Shown one piece after another: positions 20,395 to 29,406 of a DNA stretch of 64,000 nucleotides (positions within the stretch are counted from its first letter, which is position 1; each line of letters begins with the position of its first letter). The stretch is taken from assembly GCA_965213675.1 (NCBI GenBank), contig OZ243916.1:1408001-1472000 (forward strand), given 5' to 3'. The DNA is from an uncultured Candidatus Binatia bacterium. GTDB taxonomy: Bacteria; Desulfobacterota; Binatia; UBA9968; JAJDTQ01. Made by a program: the position numbers and the translations under genes. Under the pieces are notes generated by a model. The model saw only the letters and a program-made list of their open reading frames with translations, searched no databases and had not been told where the DNA came from.

Positions 20395-22926
20395 ATGGCG
20401 GCAAAAGGCAAAGGCAGACAACACACACCCCTGGATTCCACTCGCGACGGCAGGCCGAAAGCGGCCGCGGAGATCGCCGGTCCGCCCGCGGCCGGAGCAG
20501 GCGCGCCCCACGGGTCTTCACGCCGTCACGCGCTGACCGTGCTGGGACTCGGCCTTCTCGTGCTGGTGAGCTATTTCCCCGCGCTTTCGGGCGGCTTTGT
20601 CTGGGACGACGTGATCTTCTCCGAGGAGCCCGTGCTCCAGCGCTGGTCCGGCCTCTGGAGCGTGTGGTTCGCGCCCGCGGACATCAAGAACGAGGGACAC
20701 TACTGGCCCATCGTCTATTCGAGCTTCTGGCTGGAGCACAAGCTGTGGGGCCTCGCGCCGATGGGGTACCACATCGTCAACCTCCTGTTGCACTGGGTCA
20801 ACACCCTGCTCGTGTGGCGTCTGCTCGCGCGCCTGAGCGTGCCCGGGGCGCTGGCCACGGCCGTGGTGTTCGCCGTGCACCCGCTTCACGTCGAGTCGGT
20901 GGCTTGGCTCATCGAGCGCAAGGACCTCTTGTCGGGGTTGTTCTACTTCGCCGCCGCGCTCGCCTGGATGCGCTTCGTCGAAACCCCGAACCGGTGGAAC
21001 TACGGTCTCGCGTTGGGGTTCTACGTTGCCGCCATGCTCTCCAAGTCGGTGGCGGTGACCCTGCCGGTGGCGCTGCTGATCTGGCACTGGTGGCAGCGGG
21101 AACGGATCACCGCCGCCGACCTTGCGCGGCTGGTGCCCTTCTTCGTGATCGGACTCGCCATCACCGGCGCCGACTACCTGTACTACAGCGGGCGGGAACC
21201 GCTGGACCTGGGCTACTCGCTCGTCGAACGGGTCCTCATCGCATCCCGCGCCCTGTGCTTCTACGTCGGAAAGCTCCTGTGGCCCACGGACCTGGCGGTG
21301 ATCTACCCCGTGTGGGACGTGGGCGCCGGCAACCCGCTGGCCTGGGCCTACGCGGCGGCGGTGGCGGCCACGGCCGCGCTCCTGTGGCTGGGCCGGCGGC
21401 GCAGCCGGGCGCCCCTCGCCGCCGCGCTGTTCTACGCCGTGACGCTGGCGCCCGTGCTGGGTTTCATCGACTATGGCTACATGCAGTTCGCCTTCGCCGC
21501 GGACCGCTTTCAGTACGTGGCGGGCCTGGGCGTCATGGCGTTTCTCGTCGGCGCCGCCGCGTGGGGGGCGCGCCGGCTGTCCCCGACCCTCGCCCTCACC
21601 GCCCGCGGCGCGTTCGCCGCCGGCGTGGCGGCGCTGGCGGCGTTGAGCTGGACGCAGTCGGGGATCTACCGGGACGAGGTCGCCTTCTTCGGCCACATCG
21701 CCGCGCGCAACCCCGCGGCGCGGGACGCCTACCTGAACCTCAGCAGCGCACTATTCAAGCGGGACCGTTTCGAAGAGGGTCTCGCCGCCAGCCGCCGCGC
21801 CCTTGAGATTCGCCCGGACTCGGCCAAGGCGCTGTCCAACGTCGGGCACGGACTGTTGACCCGCGGTGACTTCGACGAGGCCGAATCGTACCTCAAGCGC
21901 GCCGTGAAGATCGACCCGCGCCACGTCGCGGCGCACCAGAACCTGGGCGAGGTGCTGCGCAAGACGAAGCGCCACGAGGAGGCGTTGTCGTCGTATCGTA
22001 CGGTGCTTCGGATCGACACGGACTACGCCCTGGCCCACAGCGGCATGGCCGCCGCGCTGTACGAGTTGAAGCGTTACGAGGAGGCTGCTTCGACGATGGC
22101 GAAGTCCCTGTCCCTGGACCCGGACACGTCCCAGGCAGCCGGGCAGCATCGCTTGATCGGGATGGCGCTCCAGGCCTCGGGCAAGCCGCGCGAGGCGGAA
22201 ACGTATCTCCGTCGGGCCATGGAACTGGCGCCGCACAAGACGGAGTACCTGCTGGCGCTGGCGCTCCTGCTTCGCGAGCAACAGCGTGGCGCGGAAGCCG
22301 ACGAACTTCTCGATCGGGCCAAGGCGCGGTCGAGGAACGATGTCGTCGGTCTCCACAACGTCGCGGAGGCGCTGCGGCTCCAGGGCCGACACGCCAGCGC
22401 CATGGAGTCCTATCGCGCCGCCCTGGCCGTCGAGCCGGAGTTTGCTCCAGCGCACGCCGGGCTGGGGATTGCGCTATTCCGGACCGGGAAGCACGCCGAT
22501 GCCATCGACGCCATGGCGCGGGCGCTCCGGTTGAAGGCCGATCTGCCGGTGGCGCCCACGCTGCGCATCCTGATGGCCCGCGCCCACGAAGCCATGGGCG
22601 ACACCGCGCGCGCGGGGCAGGTCCTTGAACGCGCCCTCGAACACGACCCCAGCCACGAGGAAGCGCTCGATCGGCTGGCGCTGATGCGCTTTGGACAGAA
22701 ACGCTACGGCGAAGCCCTGAGACTCTACCGGAAACTGCTCGAACTCGTTCCCGACGCGGCGCAGCACCACTCCAATCTTGGCGCCACCCTGTATCACCTG
22801 GGGCAGACCCGCGAGGCCCTGGCGAGCTTCGAGCGCGCCCTTGCCCTGAAACCCGACCTGAAGATGGCGCAGCGGGGCGTGGCCGACATGCGCCGGCTCC
22901 TGGCCCGATCCCGGAAACAACCCTGA
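20395..22926 (+). CDS. TMTC-like membrane protein (GT-C-like TM domain plus long TPR array)
   Basis: FVWDD after TM1, HYWP, HPLHVESVAW..ERKD, LSKS, ADRFQY, then many TPRs. Confidence 0.8.
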   Translation: MAAKGKGRQHTPLDSTRDGRPKAAAEIAGPPAAGAGAPHGSSRRHALTVLGLGLLVLVSYFPALSGGFVWDDVIFSEEPVLQRWSGLWSVWFAPADIKNEGHYWPIVYSSFWLEHKLWGLAPMGYHIVNLLLHWVNTLLVWRLLARLSVPGALATAVVFAVHPLHVESVAWLIERKDLLSGLFYFAAALAWMRFVETPNRWNYGLALGFYVAAMLSKSVAVTLPVALLIWHWWQRERITAADLARLVPFFVIGLAITGADYLYYSGREPLDLGYSLVERVLIASRALCFYVGKLLWPTDLAVIYPVWDVGAGNPLAWAYAAAVAATAALLWLGRRRSRAPLAAALFYAVTLAPVLGFIDYGYMQFAFAADRFQYVAGLGVMAFLVGAAAWGARRLSPTLALTARGAFAAGVAALAALSWTQSGIYRDEVAFFGHIAARNPAARDAYLNLSSALFKRDRFEEGLAASRRALEIRPDSAKALSNVGHGLLTRGDFDEAESYLKRAVKIDPRHVAAHQNLGEVLRKTKRHEEALSSYRTVLRIDTDYALAHSGMAAALYELKRYEEAASTMAKSLSLDPDTSQAAGQHRLIGMALQASGKPREAETYLRRAMELAPHKTEYLLALALLLREQQRGAEADELLDRAKARSRNDVVGLHNVAEALRLQGRHASAMESYRAALAVEPEFAPAHAGLGIALFRTGKHADAIDAMARALRLKADLPVAPTLRILMARAHEAMGDTARAGQVLERALEHDPSHEEALDRLALMRFGQKRYGEALRLYRKLLELVPDAAQHHSNLGATLYHLGQTREALASFERALALKPDLKMAQRGVADMRRLLARSRKQP

Positions 22927-22978
22927 CCGGCCGGCAAACCGACGACTCTACCGGCCAACCGACGCCGCCATTCGCGCC

Positions 22979-24955
22979 ATGAAGAGAGAAAAGGCCAAGC
23001 CGAGCCGTGGCGCGAAGACGACGCCGGAAGAAGCCCCGCAAGCGACGGGTGCGCCCGAGACCCGTCGGGCCCCGAGCCTGCCCTCCCGCGCCGACGCCCT
23101 CGCGACCGCGACGCTGGGCCTGTTGATCGCGGTCAGCTACTTTCCCGCGACCCGGTTGGGCTTCGTTTGGGACGATGTGATCATCACGACCCTGCCGGCG
23201 ATCCAGGACTGGCAAGGACTATGGGATTTGTGGTTTGCGCCGGCCAGCGCCTACCGGAAGGGCTTCATCGGCGAGGACCACTATTGGCCGGTGCTCTATA
23301 CAACCTTCTGGCTGGAACACAAGCTCTGGGGGTTCGCCCCGGCCGGTTACCATATCGTCAACCTGGTCCTTCACCTCATCAACACGGTGTTGTTGTGGCG
23401 TCTGTTCCTGCGGCTGGCCGTGCCCGGCGCGTGGTGGGTGGCCGCGATCTTCGCGGTGCATCCCCTGCACGTGGAGTCCGTCGCCTGGGTCATCGCCCGA
23501 AAGGATCTCCTCGCGACCCTGTTCTATCTTGCCGCCTTCGCCGTCTGGCTCCGCTTCGTCGGGGCGCCGCGCATCGGGCGCTACGTCGCGGTGATGGTCC
23601 TGTTCGCCGCGGGGATGCTGTCCAAGTCCATCGTGGTCACGTTTCCGGCCGCGCTGTTGATCTGGCACTGGTGGAAGGCGGGACGGGTCACCGGGCCGGA
23701 CCTGATCCGGCTGGTTCCTCTGTTCCTTCTCGCCGCGGCCCTGGCCGCCCTCGACCTGGCCATCTATCAGAAGGTGAACCTCTCCTTCGACTACACCTTG
23801 ACCGAGCGGGCGCTGATGGCGGCGCATTCCCTGTGGTTCTACGCCGGAAAGCTCCTGTTCCCGGTTCACCTGGCAGTCCTCTATCCGCCGTGGGATCTGG
23901 CGGGTGCGCCGGCTTGGGGCTATCTCGCGGCCGCGGCGGCCGCATTGGCGTCCCTCTGGCTCCTGCGCCGGCGCGTGGGGCGAGGTCCCCTGGCCTGCGC
24001 GCTGTTCTTCGGGCTCACACTGTCGCCCGTCCTGGGCTTCGTGGACTTTGGCTACATGAACGTTTCCTTCGCCGCGGACCGCTACCAGTACCTGGCGGGA
24101 GCCGGCGTGCTCATGCTCGTGGCGGGCGGCGCCGCGCGCGGGGCGGAGCGCCTTCGGGGAGCCGCGAAAACGGCTGCCACGGCCGCGGCCGGCGTCGTGC
24201 TGGCGCTCCTGGCAACGGGCGTCTGGCTTCAGTGCGGCGTCTACCAGAATGACCTTACGCTCTTCCGCCATGCCGCCGCCACCCACCCGGACTCCTGGGC
24301 CGCCCACAGCCGCGCCGGCGCGGAGACCCTCAAGAGAAAGCGCTACGACGAGGCCGAGCGCCACTTCCGGCGCTCCCTGGAACTCCGCTCGCACGACGCC
24401 ACCGGGCGGCACCGCCGCGACACCCTTCAGAACATCGCCGAAACGCTGCGCATGCGCGGGCGACATGCCGAGGCCCTGGCGACCTACCGGGCCGCAAGCG
24501 CGGAAGACCCCGGGTACGCCCTGGCCCATCTCGGGATGGGTGCGGCACTGTTCAATCTGCGCCGCTACGACGAAGCCGTGGCCGCTCTGGAGCGGGCGCG
24601 GATTCTCGGTCTGCAACCGGCCAGGGACGCGGCCATCCGGCGGCTCCTGGCGCAGGCCCTCGATCGCGCCGCCCATTCACGATTCACCGGCCAACGCTAC
24701 CAGGAGGCCCTCGAACTGTATCGCAAGCGGATAGCCCTCGAACCCGGCCATGCCGAACCCCACGCCAACGCGGGCGCGGCGCTCTTCTATCTGGGCCGGC
24801 TCGACGAGGCCCTTCGAAGCTTCGAGCGCGCGCTGACGCTGAAACCGGACCTGGAGTCGGCCCGTTCCGGACGGGAAGCCGCGCTGCGACGCCTCCGGCA
24901 AGGCGGGGGGAGTGGTCAGGTACGGGAGCGGCCGGGCGGGTCCGCGCGGCCGTAG
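22979..24955 (+). CDS. TMTC-like membrane protein, paralog 2 (shorter TPR array)
   Basis: FVWDD, HYWP, HPLHVESVAW..ARKD, LSKS, ADRYQY, TPRs. Confidence 0.8.
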   Translation: MKREKAKPSRGAKTTPEEAPQATGAPETRRAPSLPSRADALATATLGLLIAVSYFPATRLGFVWDDVIITTLPAIQDWQGLWDLWFAPASAYRKGFIGEDHYWPVLYTTFWLEHKLWGFAPAGYHIVNLVLHLINTVLLWRLFLRLAVPGAWWVAAIFAVHPLHVESVAWVIARKDLLATLFYLAAFAVWLRFVGAPRIGRYVAVMVLFAAGMLSKSIVVTFPAALLIWHWWKAGRVTGPDLIRLVPLFLLAAALAALDLAIYQKVNLSFDYTLTERALMAAHSLWFYAGKLLFPVHLAVLYPPWDLAGAPAWGYLAAAAAALASLWLLRRRVGRGPLACALFFGLTLSPVLGFVDFGYMNVSFAADRYQYLAGAGVLMLVAGGAARGAERLRGAAKTAATAAAGVVLALLATGVWLQCGVYQNDLTLFRHAAATHPDSWAAHSRAGAETLKRKRYDEAERHFRRSLELRSHDATGRHRRDTLQNIAETLRMRGRHAEALATYRAASAEDPGYALAHLGMGAALFNLRRYDEAVAALERARILGLQPARDAAIRRLLAQALDRAAHSRFTGQRYQEALELYRKRIALEPGHAEPHANAGAALFYLGRLDEALRSFERALTLKPDLESARSGREAALRRLRQGGGSGQVRERPGGSARP

Positions 24956-26373
24956 ACATCTTCGTAACGAACGATGTCGTCTTCTTCCAGATAACCGCCG
25001 GTCTGCACTTCGATCACTTCCAGCGGATCCACGCCGGGATTCGCCAGCCGGTGTTTCGTTCCCAGGGGAATGAAAATGGACTGGTTCTCGGCAAGGGTGA
25101 CGGTCTCCTCGCCCCGCGTCACCCGCGCCGTTCCACGCACCACCACCCAGTGCTCGGCGCGTTGGCGGTGGGACTGCAGCGACAGGGACTGGCCGGGTTG
25201 GACAACGATGTGCTTGACCTTGAAGCCCTGGCCCGCGTGAACCGAATCGAAGGTGCCCCAGGGACGGCGCACCTTGCGGTGGTCGTGGTGTTCTTCCCGG
25301 CCCTCCGAACGGAGCCGCGCCACCACCCGGCCCGTGTCCTGAGCCGTATCCCGCCGCGCCACCAGCAGCGCGTCGGCCGTATCCACGATGACGAGGTCGG
25401 ACACGCCCACCGCGGCCACCAGGCGTTTGCCGCCGCGTACGTAGGTGTCCCGGACCCCCTCCAGGAGCGCGTCGCCCCGAACCACGTTGCCGTCGCCGTC
25501 CGCTGGCGCGAGATCGGCCAGCGCCGCCCAGGAACCGACATCGGACCACCCGGCGTCGAGCGGGATCATCACCGCGTTGGATGTGCGCTCCATGACCGCG
25601 CGGTCCACGGCGATGGCCGGGCAACGCGAGAAGGCGTCCGCATCCAGCCAGCGATAGCCCGCGCGCGCCACCGCCTTGCCGTAGGCGTGCGCCGCGGCGT
25701 CGCGCACGGCGGGCGCGTGAACGCCCAGGTCCGTGAGGTACCGTGCAGCCGCGAATACGAACATGCCGCTGTTCCAGTAGTGACCGCCCGCCGCCAGACA
25801 GGCGGCGGCTCCGGCAGCGTCGGGCTTTTCCACAAACCGGTCCACCCGGCAGCCGTGCGCGCTGACGCCGGTGGCGGCGCCCGCCTTGATGTACCCGTAA
25901 CCGGTCTCGGCGCGGTTCGGAACCACGCCGAAGGTCACGAGATGCCCGGCGGCGGCTTCGCGGACGGCGGCGCGAACGGCGCGGGCGAATCGGAGCGCGT
26001 CACGGATCACGTGGTCCGCCGGCAGCACCAGCAGGACGGGCACCTCGCCGTCGCCCGCGAGGTCGAGCGCCTGCAGCGCCGCCGCCGCAATGGCGGGCGC
26101 GGTGTTCCTCCCGGCCGGCTCCAGCAGTACCGCCGTGGTTGCCACATGGATCGCGTCGAGTTGTCCGGACACCATGAACCGGTGCGACTCGTTGCACACC
26201 ACGATGGGCGGGCGCGACTCCTCGATCAGCGCCAAACGCCTGGCGGTGGCTTGCAGCAAGGTGTGCTCTTCCACCAGCGGAATGAACTGTTTGGGATGGC
26301 GCTCCCGGGACAGGGGCCAGAGCCGTGTGCCAGCGCCGCCGGAAAGAATGACGGGGAACAGAACGTGACGCAT
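24916..26373 (-). CDS. manC: Mannose-1-phosphate guanylyltransferase / mannose-6-phosphate isomerase
   Basis: ILSGGAGTRLWPLSR..PKQF, EPAGRNTAPA, GWSDVGSW, cupin RPWG...LSLQSH..RAEHWVVV. Confidence 0.95.
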   Translation of the reverse strand: MRHVLFPVILSGGAGTRLWPLSRERHPKQFIPLVEEHTLLQATARRLALIEESRPPIVVCNESHRFMVSGQLDAIHVATTAVLLEPAGRNTAPAIAAAALQALDLAGDGEVPVLLVLPADHVIRDALRFARAVRAAVREAAAGHLVTFGVVPNRAETGYGYIKAGAATGVSAHGCRVDRFVEKPDAAGAAACLAAGGHYWNSGMFVFAAARYLTDLGVHAPAVRDAAAHAYGKAVARAGYRWLDADAFSRCPAIAVDRAVMERTSNAVMIPLDAGWSDVGSWAALADLAPADGDGNVVRGDALLEGVRDTYVRGGKRLVAAVGVSDLVIVDTADALLVARRDTAQDTGRVVARLRSEGREEHHDHRKVRRPWGTFDSVHAGQGFKVKHIVVQPGQSLSLQSHRQRAEHWVVVRGTARVTRGEETVTLAENQSIFIPLGTKHRLANPGVDPLEVIEVQTGGYLEEDDIVRYEDVYGRADPPGRSRT

Positions 26374-26542
26374 CTGGGCAAACTCGATTCACGGGTCCAC
26401 GCTTGTGGGGCCTTGGACTACACCCGAGAGAGGGCAGGCGCAAACGGTCTCCGAGATCCGCAGGGAGCTTGCGCCTCACCGGCACTGCCGGAGGGAAACC
26501 GGACTCTTGAATGGATCTGGAAGCCGTGCGCCCGAAAGGACG

Positions 26543-27319
26543 CTACAGATCGAACTCACGCACCAGCGCCAGGCGCAACAGGATCAGGTGATTCTCGACC
26601 CGGTAAGGACAGGCCGCGAGCGCGCCGCCCGACCCGCAAGGGTTGTTGCCGGAGCGGTTGACCCAGTGCGTACCGCGACCGAAACCCAGGTACGAGGCAT
26701 CCAGCCGCCATCTCCAGGAACTCATCCGGGGCGTCTCGATACCGATTCCGAGCACCCAACCTATGCGGGTGGCGTGGTGCAGAAACGAATCGTCCGGATC
26801 TCTACGCGGGGGCATGTCCGGCGAGAAATCGATGTCGGTCAGGGTATTCGTGATGCGCGCCAGGGCCGCGCCCCCGTTGATGAAGACCGTCCACGGCCCC
26901 TCCCGGTGCTCCAGCCCCAGGCGCGCGGTGGCGGCCCAGCGGACCCGCCCTCTCACCGTCTCGTCCCGCCCGGCGGGGTCGAGGCGGTCCGACTTTCCCG
27001 ACATCTCACCCCAGGCCCCGTCGAGTTCCAGCCTCAGGCGCGCCTTGTCCAGGGTGAATTTGCGTCCCACCAGAACACCCCAGGAAAAATCGCCGTCGTC
27101 GTAATCCGTGGCCCAGCCCGGCATGCCCCAGTTGGCAAAGCCGCTGCGGTCGATGATCCGGTTCTCGGTGCGAGCGGCGCCGGCGAATACACCAGCGTAG
27201 GTTTCTCCCCAGGCCGCGGCGCTGGTGGTCGAGGGGATGCCGGCCGCAAGAACGAGCGTCCAAAGCAGAAACCGCGCGAATCCGGCAAGGCCGGTGCGAA
27301 CTGAGTCAGTGGAATCCAT
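26543..27319 (-). CDS. Outer-membrane beta-barrel protein
   Basis: Signal peptide, YAGVFAG, ATARLGL, GWVLGIGIE, amphipathic beta strands. Confidence 0.7.
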   Translation of the reverse strand: MDSTDSVRTGLAGFARFLLWTLVLAAGIPSTTSAAAWGETYAGVFAGAARTENRIIDRSGFANWGMPGWATDYDDGDFSWGVLVGRKFTLDKARLRLELDGAWGEMSGKSDRLDPAGRDETVRGRVRWAATARLGLEHREGPWTVFINGGAALARITNTLTDIDFSPDMPPRRDPDDSFLHHATRIGWVLGIGIETPRMSSWRWRLDASYLGFGRGTHWVNRSGNNPCGSGGALAACPYRVENHLILLRLALVREFDL

Positions 27320-27537
27320 AGTGGGGCCGATCATGGGACGAATTTACGAGGAAACTTCCATTGTTTCCACCGGTCCAGATTCGCGCCGTTGCGGGCATCC
27401 TTCATGCCGGATGGAAGCCGGCGATTCCCGCCTCCGATCAGGGTCGCGGACAAACGTTCGCGGGCATGACATCTTCATGTCCATGACGAACCCCGGGGCC
27501 TGCTTTCGCATCGCTCGTCACGTACCTTCCTTCAACA

Positions 27538-28227
27538 TCAGGTTCTTCCCGGCATCGTCTCCCTTGGGCGGGCCTGGATCCAGCGGTGAGTTCTGGGACG
27601 GCCGGCGCGCAACCCGGCGGACTCGTCGAAGTCGCGGCGCAGCCGCTCCAGGTCGGCGGCCACATCGACGTCGTAGGCGCCGGCGACCATGCGCACGCGC
27701 AGGCCCAGTCGCCGGGCCTTGTCCAGAGTCTGATGGAGCACGGCCGCGGTGCTCCAGGCGACGCCGGTAAAGAGTCCCGCCACCGGTCTGTTGAGGCCGA
27801 TGAGATAGTAGCCGCCGTCGTCCGCCGGACCCAACACCACGTCGCAGGCATCCTGGCGCAACCAGTCGCACGCGCGTTCCACCGCGGCCGCGCTCAGGGC
27901 AGGAATGTCGCTGCCCACCACGACGACCTGCCGGTAACCGGAGTCCCGCAGATCCGTGAACACGGCGTGCATGCGCGCGCCAAGGGAATCGCCGCGCTGC
28001 GGCAACAGGTTCGGGGCCAACTCCGGAACGCGCGCGAAGTAGCTGCGGCTGCGCTCCGCATACGCCACCCAGGTGTGCCAGCGCGCCGCGCCCGCCAGGT
28101 GGTGGAGAACGTCCTCGAGGACACAGGCGTAGAAATCCGCGGCCTCCGCATGGGTCAGGGGCGGGCACAGCCGGGTCTTCACCGCTCCCGGTTTCGGCGC
28201 GCGCGCCATGACCGCCACGGCGGGCAA
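27538..28227 (-). CDS. TIGR04282/DUF2064 family glycosyltransferase-like protein
   Basis: MARAPKPGAVKTRL, QRGDSLGARM, VGSDIP, LGPADDGGYYLIG, WST, DVD; start uncertain. Confidence 0.85.
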   Translation of the reverse strand: MPAVAVMARAPKPGAVKTRLCPPLTHAEAADFYACVLEDVLHHLAGAARWHTWVAYAERSRSYFARVPELAPNLLPQRGDSLGARMHAVFTDLRDSGYRQVVVVGSDIPALSAAAVERACDWLRQDACDVVLGPADDGGYYLIGLNRPVAGLFTGVAWSTAAVLHQTLDKARRLGLRVRMVAGAYDVDVAADLERLRRDFDESAGLRAGRPRTHRWIQARPRETMPGRT

Positions 28228-28418
28228 GTCAATCCGCGCGCGCGACCCGGACAGCCGCGCCCCCGTGCCGCATGGGCGAGAGGATTCGTTGTGCATGGAA
28301 TTTACCTGCGGCATTAAATCAACTATAAACGAACGCGCCGACGCAAGACCGCCGCATTTTCGTGCCCACGTCGGCACAGCGCAGCGTGTCGGGTTCATGG
28401 AATCGCCGCGAGAGGCAC

Positions 28419-28457
28419 TTTCGCATCGCTCTTCACGAACTTTTTTGCAACATCGGG
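28419..28457. repeat. Short dispersed repeat (inverted copy at 55276-55314)
   Basis: TTTCGCATCGCTCTTCACGAACTTTTTTGCAACATCGGG versus the reverse complement of 55276-55314. Confidence 0.6.
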
Positions 28458-28544
28458 ATCTCGACAAACCCGACAGACTCCCAGGACGCACGCCGACGCG
28501 AGACAGAGGGAATCCCGACAAGACTCCGTGGGAGACATCCTTTC

Positions 28545-29249
28545 ATGAATCAACGCATCGGCAAGATAGCGGTAGTGGTGGTGGTGGCCGCTCTCGTCGC
28601 CAGCTTCTTCATCTTCGACCTGGGGAAGTACTTCAACCTCGAGTTCATCAAGGCGCAACGGGACGCATGGCTGGGCTACTACCAGCACAACCCCGCCATC
28701 ACCATCGCCGTGTACGCCGCGGTCTATATCGCGGTGACGGCGCTGTCGCTTCCGGGCGCGGCCATCATGACGCTTTTGGGCGGGGCGCTGTTCGGGGTGA
28801 TCACCGGCACCATTGTCGTCTCTTTTTGCAGCACCATCGGCGCCACCCTGGCGTTCCTGGTGGCGCGTTTCCTGCTCCGGGACAGCATTCAGGGCAAGTT
28901 CGGCGACAGGCTCGAGACCATCAACCAGGGCATCGCCAAGGAGGGGATGTTCTATCTCTTCACCATGCGGCTGATCCCGGTGATTCCTTTCTTCGTCATC
29001 AATCTGGTGATGGGGCTCACCCCCATCCGCGCCGTGCAGTTCTTCTTCGTGAGCCAACTGGGCATGTTTCCCGGCACCATCGTCTTCGTGAACGCCGGCA
29101 CCCAACTGGCCCAGATCGATTCGCTGGCGGGCATTCTGTCCCCTACGCTACTGGCGTCATTCGCGCTGCTCGGGCTGTTTCCGCTCATCGCGAAAAAGTC
29201 CATCGGGTGGGTCCAGAAGCGCAGACAGGCAAAGACCGCCGGAGACTGA
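28545..29249 (+). CDS. TVP38/TMEM64 (DedA/VTT superfamily) membrane protein
   Basis: ALSLPGA, GATLAFLVAR, RLIPVIPFFVINL, SQLGMFPGT. Confidence 0.9.
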   Translation: MNQRIGKIAVVVVVAALVASFFIFDLGKYFNLEFIKAQRDAWLGYYQHNPAITIAVYAAVYIAVTALSLPGAAIMTLLGGALFGVITGTIVVSFCSTIGATLAFLVARFLLRDSIQGKFGDRLETINQGIAKEGMFYLFTMRLIPVIPFFVINLVMGLTPIRAVQFFFVSQLGMFPGTIVFVNAGTQLAQIDSLAGILSPTLLASFALLGLFPLIAKKSIGWVQKRRQAKTAGD

Positions 29250-29406
29250 CCGTGTTGCGGGCGCTCAAGGGAGGGCGGAAACCTGTTCCGAACCTGTGGA
29301 AGGGCTCTGGACGAACGGAAGAAGTTTTCGCCGAATCGTCAACCTGACACCGTTCGTCCTGAGCGAAGCAAAGGCGACGGATGCCGTCCGGACCGGGAGA
29401 ACAAGC

